DNA of 64,000 bases, from contig CM120649.1 in assembly GCA_051362555.1 (NCBI GenBank), positions 14,074,001-14,138,000 of the forward strand, given 5' to 3'. The stretch is from Lingula anatina (taxonomy: Eukaryota > Animalia > Brachiopoda). Positions 14,935-27,200 of this stretch are shown here, piece after piece. Below the pieces are notes generated by a model that saw only the letters and a program-made list of their open reading frames with translations, did no database searches and had not been told where the DNA came from. Each line of letters begins with the position of its first letter. The stretch's first letter is position 1. The translations under genes were made by a program, and so were the position numbers.

Positions 14935-17900
14935 GAAAGATTCGGCAGTGGGAGGGAAGATACTATTTCTGTTTGTTTCAACTTGTATTCATAATTTTAA
15001 GGCCCTGAATGAAGTGCTGTCATCTGAGATAGAAGAAGTGGAGAGCAAGCTGGGGAGAATTGAGCCAGATATGGGTGAGTAGCAGTGGGTCATAGAAGAT
15101 TCTGTAGATGGAATGTTTTTAGTTTAATAGCCCTTGATATGAAACTGTTACAACTGCTTTTAAATGTATGAAACATTACTGAGCTATAAAACAACAATAG
15201 ATAGCAAAGTACTGCTGTTTTCAATCTTGATTCTGTTCATTTTTCCTAAAACAGGGTTTTGTTTTCTTTTAGTCCCCAATGCTGGCTCCTCTGACCTTTC
15301 AGATCAGGAGGAAGCTCCGTCCCTGGCTCTCCGCGACATCACAAACCGTTCCCGCTCCAAACTCCCAGCTCACAGTACGCCTCACAGGACGCGGCATGGG
15401 GAGTTGGATGCTGACTATACCAACTTAGAGGTACCTAATTTAACTTCTATTAGCTAAACATTGGTGAAAACACCTGAAGATATATCTTCAAGATTTTCAC
15501 TCATAATGCTTCGAGATATTCAAGATATTCACTTGTAATGCTTCATATCATTATTTATTCATTTTTTAACCACTGAATTAAAGAAAAATGAGATGGGGTT
15601 AAACAAGCTTCTTTCCAGACACAAACCTTGATTTTTTCCCCTTCATTTTTATTTTGAACAGAATCATGGCCACCTTCGTCCCAGTCCAGAGCGCCTTGAT
15701 GCTGAAATCCGTTCACTCCGCTATTCCCAGGAGTCCATGGTCCACCTGATGATGCAGCGGAACGAAGAGCTGGTCGAGACAAACAAACGCTTCATGGATC
15801 AGCTGTTAGAGAGTCAGAAACGTCTGGCAGACAGCCAGAAGATCAACAGCGAGCTGATGGTAAACTGAACCTTCTTCTTTAGGTTATATATTTTTTTGTG
15901 TAAAGTCTGTTATTCTTGACTTATTATTTTTTTAATATCCTTAAAACTATTATTCTTTACACCCTTTAATTGTCTTTTTTACTGACTTGCATTTTAGACC
16001 TTAAAACATACCTGAATGGTTTAAAAGTATTTTTATGATCATTTAGCTATTCACTGAAATATTTTATGGACAGTGGTCAATTCTGTAATTAAAAGTTTAA
16101 AAAGATCCTCTTTTTTCTCCCAGGAAAAAATGTCTCTCCAAGACAAGCTGATCAGAGAGCTGGAAGCCAAAGTCGCCGCCAAGCACCAGAGCCGCCCGTC
16201 CCCCATCCCTCCTCAGATGACGAGCAGTGTACCCTCGCCCTACGCTTATCCGCCCCCAATTCCAGGCTACCCAGCTACCCCATCGAGCTCACTTCATTAT
16301 CTGCCGCCCCCACCTCCAGGGCCACCCCCAGGGACTTTGAGGTACCCCCCTCCTCCTGGCCCTCCCCCAGGGCCACCTGCAGACCCTGGGTTTAGAGGAC
16401 TTGGGGCAGGACTTGGAGCAGGTAAACATAAAGATAAATCACTGTCATAATAATTAGATCCCATTTAATATTAACTATTTTGATCAGTACAAATTTTATG
16501 CTGTTTTTTTATATACAGACACTATTTATTATGACCATTAGTGTTATTGTAGATACAGGAAAAGTTGCAACATACTTATATATGAGGAAAAAATTTCCTC
16601 TACAGATCAGTACAAATCAAGTATTACTTGAAATCATGAAAAAAGAAAATAGATCATTCTCATAAAAAATACACACCAGTAGAATATCTTGCATCTTGTG
16701 GAGTCTGTACATGAGTTCGTAAATGTTCTGAGGATGAGCAATTTTCTTCCTTCACTAGTGCCAGTTGTTCCCACAGCCTATGGAGATGATGGGTATGCTG
16801 GAATTGATGGAGAGACTTACGAGGATGACGGAGACTACCTGGATGACTATGGAGAGGAAGATGGTTCTATGAACAGGTGAGAATAGTGCTTTTATCCAGG
16901 GAATGGGAATTCTCCATTGTGTAGTATAATATTGTTTATGATTTTTGTCAGATGTTAGTGATGAACATTTATTCCACTTTATCAGATATTTGTAATGAAA
17001 GTTAGCATTTTGGTGGGGAAATATGCCTTACAAATTTAATTTAAAGATAAAAATATTTAGAAGTTACAATTTTATAGGATTTGTATGATTTTTTTGCATT
17101 TGTTTAATAACTTATAAAAATGTCAATACCCTGTTTTCAGGACATGTATTGTTATGTACTGTTATAGTATATTCAGGACATATATATCTAGAAAAGTAGT
17201 TTCCTCACATATCTTGAGATTATTTCTTTGCTTTTATAGGTACCATATACCAGATTCAGAGTTGGTCCAGGACTGGCCATATGGCAACGTGACCAAACTG
17301 GAGGGGAAATCCACCATCACTTACTCCCCACAACAGCGCCCTCCCTGCCCCACTGCTGCCGTTGCCCCAAACTTACCACCCCCACCCCCTCAGCAGCCTC
17401 AGTTTTACCAAATACCGGCCTACCTGCCACCTGGATTCCCTCAGATGCAGGCCACGCCGCCTGGTGGTATGTATACCACAGGGCTGCCACAGATTGCCCC
17501 TGGGTTCTTCTCCCTGCCATCAGCACCTGGGCAGGTTGGGCTACAGAACACCACCCCTCTGGCTGCAGCCTCCCATGTTAAGTTACCAGCCATGACTGCA
17601 GCTGTGTCTACAGGGGGAGGAGTGGCAAGTCCTGGATTGGCAGGAGTGAGACCGGCTGTTCCACCAGCCACCTCTGCCACCCCCGCTGCAGCTGTGACCA
17701 TGCCACCAAACGTGGTGATGAACTCTAGCATGTCAGAGCAGATGTCCCAGGCTGCAACCTCCCCAGTGAAGATTGGTGGGCACACTCCATACAAAATGGC
17801 CATGCCTGCAGGTGGTGAGGCAAAGGACCCTGCAACAGCAACGACATCTTCAGTTAATGCTCCTGCAATGGCATCCTCACCGAAGGATAGTATTCTGAAA

Positions 17901-20900
17901 AATCTTATAATGGCTGACACAACCAGCTCTTTGGTGTCAAAACCAACATCTGAACCTAGCAGTCCCACAAAAGGTGGCCATGATGATAGTGCAGGTGAAG
18001 GGCATGATGAATCTTACAATGGGGCCGATTTTGAGCCAGTGATTCCTCTACCAGATCTGGTGGAGACACCTACTGGAGAGGAAGATGAGGACATTTTGTT
18101 CGAGAATCGCGGCAAGCTGTACAGGTTTGCTGATGCTCAGTGGAAAGAGCGTGGAACAGGAGTGATCAAGATTTTACATAATACCAAAAACGGAAAGGTG
18201 CGTATTCTGATGCGTCGAGATCAGACCATGAAGGTATGTGCCAATCACTACATCACGCCAGAAATGAAACTCCTGCCAAGTGTGAACAATGATAAAGCAT
18301 GGTCGTGGTTTGGCATGGATTTTGCCGACGAGCAACCAACAAAGGAGAACTTCACCTGTCGGTTCAAAACTACTGAGATTGCCTCACAATTCAAGGAGAA
18401 CTTTGTAAAGGCAATTGAAATAGCCAAGAAAGAGAAGACAAAGTCTGAGAAGAAGACAACAACAGCAGCTTCGACAACAGCAGCAACCACAACAACAACA
18501 GTGACCCCCAAAACTGATGGTACAACTTCCTCTTGGGGGGCAGCGTTGAGGCCTCCAGCTGGAAACTGGGAATGTGGGATGTGTCTGGTGAGCAACCCTG
18601 GTGATAAGACCACATGCATGGCATGCCAGGCTCCCAAACCAGGAAGTAAACCTGTACAGGAGTCCACAGGACAGAAAGTCACAGGGTTCTCGTTTGGGGT
18701 GCCAGGACTCCAGATAAGTAAGAGTGAGACAGGCTCTGCAGTAATTGGAGAAGGAGGATTCAAGTTTGGGGCTACGACCTCTAGTGGCCAGCCTACTGCA
18801 GCACCTAGCGATAGTTCTGCATCTGCTGTGGCAGCAGCAGTACCCAGTGGAGGTTTTAAGTTTGGTTCTTTTGGAATAAGTTCCAGTCAGACGTCTGGTG
18901 GGGAGAGCAGTAATACAACAACAGCAGTGCCACCTACTGGAGGTTTTAAATTTGGAACAGTGCCAGCCCAACCAGCAGCTGCAGCAGCTGAAAGCACTGC
19001 CGTTACTCCACCTACTGGAGGTTTAAAATTTGGTGGTGGTATTACAGGAACTGGGCTCACATTTGGTAAGCCTGCAGCAGCGACAACCAGCAGCTGGGGA
19101 TTCAAGTTCGGGACTTCTGAACAACCAGGGGGCACCACTGCAGCTACTGATGGGACGAAACCGGCCATGACAGTGACCATTCCACCTGCTTCTTCTTCCT
19201 CTGATTCAACAACTGAAAGGAAAGGATTGCTGTCCCCACCGAAATTAAATGTTGACTCAAAATCTCCTGGGGCAGCATCCACCCTATTGTCATTGCTCGC
19301 ACAGAATCATGAGAGTAGCCAAGATAAAGACAAGGCCCAACCCAAGTCGGATGATACAGCCAAGCCACAGTTTGGAGGGTTCACATTCACAAGTCAGCCT
19401 ATTGTGAAGCAGATTGAGGAGACTAGTACTAAGGGACCAATGTCTGCTGATACGAAAGCTGCAGGGGCAGCAGCAGCAGAGAAAAAGAAAGAGGAGCCTA
19501 AACCTTTTGCTGGATTTAGCTTCTCGTCAAATACTGGTAGTGGGTTCACTTTCATGCCACCCTCCACAACAGCTCCTAAGAGCACAACTGCAGTCAAAGC
19601 ACCAGCTCCTGCAAGTGAAGCACCAAAAGAGAAGCCAAAACAGGAACATGTGTTTGGCGAAAACGCATCAGGTGCTTTATCATTCACTAACTTGACAGAT
19701 GCTGTGAAAACGGCCGATGCCTTCAAAGGCAAGGAAAATTTCCAGGGGTTTGCCGGAGCAGGAGAGAAGGTGTTTGGGCATGACACTTCTACCCAGGTTT
19801 CTGGAGGGTCCCCCACAAAGAGTCCAGGCAGAAATAGAACTGAGAGCGAAGGCGCAGCTCCAGAGGAGTTCACTCCTCAAGATGACTTTAAGCCCCTGGT
19901 GTCTCTGCCGGAAGTTGAGGTCAAAACAGGCGAGGAAGAAGAGATTAAAATTTTTGGCGAACGAGCCAAATTGTATAGGTTCGATAAGGATGCCACTCAG
20001 TGGAAAGAGAGAGGAGTTGGTGAAATTAAATTGCTGAAGCAAAAGGGTGGAGTGGCATTCCGTGTCCTCATGCGTAGAGAGCAGGTCCACAAGCTGTGCG
20101 CAAACCACGCCATCACCAAGGACATGGAGCTGAAACCCATGTCTGACAGAGCTTGGATCTGGCTGGCCGCTGATTTTTCAGAGGAGGAAGTGAAACATGA
20201 AAAACTGGCCGTGAAGTTTAAAAATGAGGCCCAGGCCAAAGACTTCAAGGAAAAGTTTGAAGATTGTCAGAAAAAGATAAGAGAGTATGAGCTTTCATCT
20301 GGGAAAGAAACCACGCCTAAAGAAGCAGGAGTCGACTCAACTGCTGCGGCCTCTGCAGGGAAGTCACTTTCAAATCTCTTTAAGCCCAGCCCTGGCAGTT
20401 GGGAGTGCACTGGTTGTTATCTGAGAAACAATGCAGATGTTTTGCAATGCCCAGCATGTAATACACAAAAGCCTGGCACGCCTACAGCACCCAAGCCACT
20501 CTTTACCACAAAACCAAAAGAAACTTCACAGCCTGTAGATAACTCACTGGCTGAGATGTTTAAGCCAAAGGCCGGGAGCTGGGAATGCACTGGTTGCTAC
20601 TGCAGGAACGAAGCATCGGTTTTGAAGTGTCCGGCCTGCAGCACCCTGAAACCAGGGGTAGATCCAGCTAAGGTGGAGAGTCAGGCTGCCCCAGCAGTTA
20701 GCTTTGGTACTCAGGGTATTACCAGTGGCGGGTTTACATTTGGAGCCAAGCTTGGTGCATCTCTCCCCTTCACTGCTGGTAAAGATTCCAGTAAGGATGC
20801 GGTGCCATCTTCGGGACAAGGGTTTGTTTTTACTTCAACACCCGCGATAACACAACCCATCAGTGAAGGTTTTGTATTTGGGAGCGGAACCAAGCCTGCC

Positions 20901-23900
20901 CCTTCCACTACATCCTCCGCTCCTTCAACTGGATTTGTATTTGGAGGTTCTCAGAGTGTTCTGGGGGTGTCCACATCCACAACAAACAGCACACCTTCAC
21001 CTGGCTTTGTATTTGGAAGTGTTCAGAGCCTTCCTTCTGCATCCACATCCACAACCACCATCACCACCAGCACATCTTCAACAGGATTTGTGTTCGGCCA
21101 GCCTCAAGGAAGCACAGGGAGTACATTTGGTATCTCTACGTTCAGTTGGAGTGGAATCCAGCCTTTCACACCCACCAAGGCAGATAAAGGGAAATCCCCT
21201 GTGAAATCCCCCGTGAAAGCGGGTGCCCCGCTGTCCCCTGGCTCACCAGGGGCAGACAGTGACTATTATAATGAGGAAGAAGATGAGCATGAACATTATT
21301 TCGAGCCTGTGATTCCCCTGCCAGATAAGATTGATGTAAAGACTGGAGAGGAGGAGGAAGATGTACTGTTCTGTCAAAGGGCAAAGTTATTTAGGTAAGG
21401 AAAAGTTATTGGTCATATTTTAAAACTGAAAATATGATTGTAACTTTTCTTGAAAGTGCTTAAGGAATAGATTGTTAAGATTTATCTAAGTTATAAGTTT
21501 TTTGTTTTTACATCTGTTTGTAATTAAAGGTCTGTTTTTGTGTGCAAGTTTTGATTGACCAATTGACTAGACATAATTATCTTTTTTTATTGGTAAATTA
21601 AATGCAATACTTTTTGATCAAAAGTTTTTTTTAATGTATGATTTTTCTGTTGTTTTTACATATAATGCTTATAAAAGAATGATTACATTTATACCATGAA
21701 AAGAATGTGCAAACTTAAGAGCATCATAATAAACATCCCTTTTCCATATTGCTGTTCTCTAGGTTCACTGACAACGAGTGGAAGGAGAGAGGTTTGGGAG
21801 ACATGAAGGTTTTGAGGCACAAAGAATCCAAGGCTGTTAGACTCCTCATGAGACGAGAGCAGGTATATATTTATATATTTATTTATTTGTTTGTTTGTTT
21901 GTTTGTTTGTTTATCTGTTTCTTTTTAGTCAGCATTTAATCATCATTTTTTCCAATGTTTACATTTAATTGTTAATATTTAGTAGTTGAGATCTGTAAAA
22001 AAAATAATGTCATGTTAACTCTTTTTTAACATTTTGATTTCATCACAGTTGTTTATACCAATTTCTCCTTTTGATGAAAAGATCCATATTATAATTAATT
22101 CAATAATTTGTTAACTCTGTATGGTATTTGCAGGTGCTCAAATTGTGCTGCAATCACTACATCACACCTGAATTGGACCTTAAACCCATGCCCAGCGCAC
22201 ATGGGAAAGCCTGGATATGGCACGCAATGGATTTCTCTGAAGATTCAGGGAAACATGAGAAGTTGGCCATAAAGTTCAGATCTAAAGAGATCGCTGATGA
22301 ATTCAAGCAGGTCTTTGAAGATGCTAGGGACAAGAAAGACATTCCAGCCTTGCCAGAGTTCTCTGATGGAAATAAATCAGGAACAGGCACTCCTAATCGA
22401 TCCCCGTCCAAATCACAGCAGAGTAGTAGTTTTGTTTTCAAAACGCCCGACCTGGCAACCAGTCCAGGCTTCTCACTGGGTGCCAAGTTTGGATCACCAC
22501 AGGGAACGGGAAGTGGGTCTGTGTTTGGTGGAGGTGTGTCACAGGCAACGGGAAAGAGTCCACTGGCTGGCCTGAGTAGCCATAGTCCATTTGGAGGGAA
22601 AACGAGAGAGGAAGAAGGTAAGGAATTCTTTTATTAACTTCGATGGTGAAGTTCTCTGATAGAAAAGGACATGTTTAAGAACAGTCTGCCAAAAACCATC
22701 AAAGTGCAAGAAAAGGTGACGTATATTTACTCTGTGCCAAAAAAACTTCTTGGCATTCTGTCCCTTTTGGGCAGCATCATCCTAAAATCCACTGGCCCAA
22801 TACAGAAATAGTGACTGTTTTTGCTAGCATTTGGCCTGGAAGCTGTGATTACTTCACATATTAGTTCCTCATTACATAAAATCGGAAGAAATTGATATCA
22901 TTATAATGTCTGTTTCTCAGATGAAGAGGTAGAATTTCTTGGCGAGGAATTACCCAGTAAGGAGAAGATTGAAATGGCCAGGCGCTTCTTGTTACCTGAC
23001 TGTTTCTACAACTATGAGAAGAAACCTCCGTGTCCTGGTTGTATAGGCTGTGAGGATTGGGAAGAAAAGAAGAAACTGATCCCCAAAAGTCCTGCAAAAG
23101 CACAAGGCAAGTAGAAACACAAATCTTTCCATGACTTTGCGACTTTTTAGCCATCCTTCTTTTTCTGAGCGAAAAAAGGGCTTAGAGAGTTGCTGGCCTT
23201 TGTATAAAGTGATAAAAAATGGTAATAATGATAATAATAATAATAAAAAAGAAGACCTATGGAGGAGGGGTTGGTTTTCTTTTTTTTATCCCACTCTGGC
23301 CTCTTCATATTGATATATGTTGTGATTGTTTTGCAGGTGAAGGCTCGCTGCCTCAGTCAGGGAAAGAGAAGGCTGTGGTAGCAGCAGCAGGTAAGTGCTT
23401 TGGTATTTTGAAGCATAACATCAATAGCAAAATTTGAAAACAGAAGTCTTTTTCTTTTTCATTAGTATTATAGAGTTGATGAAATTGATAAGCACATTGT
23501 CTAACTTTAAACCTTGCTTAACTCTTAGGAGTTATGATAGGTATACTTCTCAGAAAATATAGTTTTTATCTCTGTTTTTGTTCATTTTATCATATTTTTT
23601 TCAAACTCCGACATTTTCTCCTCAGATTCCACCAGTGAAGGTGCGGGTATGGGTATCTTTGGCCAGTCGGCCTCTGGTGGGTTTGATTTTGCTGCTTTAG
23701 CGGCCCAGGCAGGAAAGACCGGTGGAGCGTTTGGGAAAACCACAGGTAGTGGATTTTTTTATTTTAATTTTTTATTAATTTATTTTATTTATTTATTTTA
23801 TTTATTTATTTATGCAATAGAAAGAAAAGGAAATTATAATAAGTGAAGTATAGATATACTACTAAGCACCGTTTGACATTTTTGTAAGGCTCAGTGTTTT

Positions 23901-24217
23901 CTCTTATTATAATAAGTTTTCATTTACTGGTTTATCTTATTTGAGACTGTATTTACATTTTGAGTGGTTGTTTACATTGTTGTCACTGAATGCTTCAGAG
24001 TCGTCCAAATCATTCACCTGGGGTGGCACAGCAACGCCATTGTTCCAGACTAAAAAAGCAGACAATGACGGAGAGGGCGATGATGATGATGTGGAAAAGG
24101 CGCCAGATGTCCACTTTGAACCTGTGGTAGAACTGCCTGACCTGGTGGATGTCAAGACTGGTAGGTATCACTTACTGAATTCCCTCCTCTTTTTGACGGA
24201 AGAACACTTCTCCTCTC

Positions 24218-24264
<47 letters not shown>

Positions 24265-27200
24265 TACACACACACACACCTTTGGGTGGATAAGACAACA
24301 TTAGAAATAGTAGAAATCATCTAAATTTCATGTTTAAAATACAAGTCTTAATATGCAAAGACAGAGAAAGTACAATCAAAAATATATGTTAGAGCAGCAA
24401 TACAATACATCTAAATCCAATACAAATGAGTTAGCTTCCACAGACCAAACAAATACAATCAGTGTTAGAAATTAAGGCTGGACCGTCTGCCCAGGGCTGA
24501 CAACTTTCAGAACGGGCTGAGAAGTTATCCCACCCGGCAGACTTTCGAGCCAGCTACTTCTCAAGATGGCTGAACTTTCGGTCCAGCAACTAATTTTCCT
24601 AAGAGGCAAAAACTGAATACAATACTAAGTATTACGCTTTGTGAATATAATAACCAGATGAATTGTGTTATATTATCAGGGGAGGAGGATGAGGAGGTGG
24701 TGTTCTCTCACCGTGCCAAGCTGTACAGGTTTGACAGTAACCAGTGGAAGGAGAGAGGAGTGGGGGAGATGAAGCTACTCTGGCACAGGGAAACAGGTGG
24801 GTTAGGATTCAGTTTATTGTGCTGAACTAATGAAAAACAAGTGCCTCTTCATTAATAGATGATTAGATGTATGAGATGTGCAGCTACTCAGAGAAGTCAA
24901 AGGTTGATATAAAAACCTTGCATAACATTTTTAGTCCAATTTAGAGAGATCTTTCTTTTTCTCTCACATCCAGGCAAGGTGAGAGCCCTGCTGCGTAGAG
25001 AGCAGGTGCTCAAATTAGCATGCAATCATTACATAACTCAGGAAATGGAGCTGAAGCCCATGATGTCCTCAGAGACAGCCTGGTGCTGGCTGGCTGTGGA
25101 TTTCGCTGGGAATGAAGCCAAACATGAGCAGTTTGCTGTGAAATTCAAGGTAAGATTCCCCCATTCCTCATGCCATGCATTACAGTGTGACACTGAATTT
25201 AAAATTCAAGTAGTGTTCTCCCAATCAGAGCTCATCTGGAGGCATGATATGAACTAATATTTGGAGTAAATTTTTCTGTTTTATGTCTTACAGTGCACCA
25301 TAAACCTGAAAATTGTAGAAGGATGGAAGGTAGCTAAAGATAATCCAATGTGTTTTAGTAAACTGGTTTCTGAAAATGTTTTGGATCATTTTATTGTATT
25401 TCTCTCATAAGTGAAAGCTCAACCTTATTGGTTACAATTGAAATTAAATAATGATAATAAGTATTATTATTATTACTATTAGTATTAACTTCTTTCAATT
25501 TAGACTCAAGAAATAGCCAAACAGTTCAAGGCGAAGTTTGAAGAATGTCAGAGGCTGCTGAGTGAACCCAGAGGTAACTTAAGAAAACTATATTAACTCT
25601 GATATATAATTTCTTTTCTTTTTAATCATCTGCTGCATGATTAGAAATCTCCAAACCAACCTGCATGCTCTTTGATATTCTTGGCTTTAGCTTGGTCTCT
25701 TGCATTAACTTTACAGTTTGGCAATTTGATTATTTGCTATTTTAATTGATTTCTATTACTTCTGTGTCCACATTTTGTCCTTGGAAGGCACAGAGATGTG
25801 AAAATGGAATCAAAATTACAAAATTGGGGTTTATAAATTCAGATGAACTAGTTAGTTTCTAACATGAGTATTCTGCACGGTTTACTATTTTTTGTCCATG
25901 GAATATTTTGTGATTTAAAACATTCAATGATTTGAATCATTAGAAGTTTTAATCAGCATGGCATTTCTAGCTTAGAGTCACAGCATGAATTGTAATGGTG
26001 GAAGGTTTTGAAAATAGAATACATATGTCCACAGTAAGTGCTGTACTAAATGGCTGACATGAAAATTGTTTTGATAAGGAATAATATTACCAAATGCAAG
26101 GTTTGAAATAAAGCTTTTTTGGCTGATATTTGTTATATTTCTTGAGTTCAATTTTTTCTGACACTATCGCAATTAAGATACAGTGATTGTTCTAGACCGT
26201 AAAAAGATAAATCAGGCTTGTCGGTAGAAAGGATATAATCAGCAAATTCTCAAATGAGAGGTGGCTTGTTTACCCTAATATATTAATTGGAGATTTGAGA
26301 GTGGTGATCATAATGCATGCTGCACTTGCCATGGCTCAGTTAATGCACTGTGATTAGTTCTTACTATGATTATAACAGTAAGCTAGATTATATGAGATCC
26401 AACAGAATGAGTTAAAAGAATACCAGGAAATATTTTGCTTGAACAGTGATTATTTAATTAAAAATTGATAGCTGTTGTGATATGGAAAATGTATTCATCA
26501 GAGCTAATAAAGTTTTCAGCCACTAGCTAGCACCCTGCATTTCATTAAATATTAAATGAAAACTCAGGTCTATGACCAACTGTTTGCTGGTCAGGAAGAG
26601 TTACTTTCAATACTATGAAACTTGGGGTACAAGCTTGCAGTTTTTCCAAATGCAGTATTGACGAATAAAAAAAAAAAAAAAAAAAAAAAAAATGTTCCAT
26701 TATGTGTTGGAAAAGCCCATTTAAAGAATTATCCAAGTATGCTGTACATTTGGGATAGTTTGTGGCAGTTTTGCAGCAGAAAAATGGGTCTCCTGCCATT
26801 TCTTCATGCCCCTCCATGCATTTTTGACTGCAAAGAACTTGGGCACTAGTTATAACAAATAAGGGCACATTTGTAAAATGCATGGGTCAGTTAAAATATA
26901 TAGAGTCCAAAACCTTGTTTGATTCATAAGTGGGTGGAATAATTTCCTGCATTTCCTACAGCAACAGAGACGTGACAAGGTTAACAATGAGGTTGACATT
27001 TATCATGGCATTTGCCCATTGCCAAATACCTGCCAAATTTGTCATAGTCAGGTAAACCCCTGCTAAAACTTAGTATTAGTACTGTGTTGTCATATGTGGA
27101 TAAGTCCATCAGATGTACTCAAACCTTGTTTTATATTTAAAAAAGTATGTATTTTAAGACTGTATGATATATTTTAGATATAATAATAACTTTTCAAGGA

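Noticed and set aside
17317-21384. Many overlapping antisense and alternate-frame ORFs within the giant exon
   Set aside because: Shadows of a long GC-richer coding exon; no recognisable motifs.
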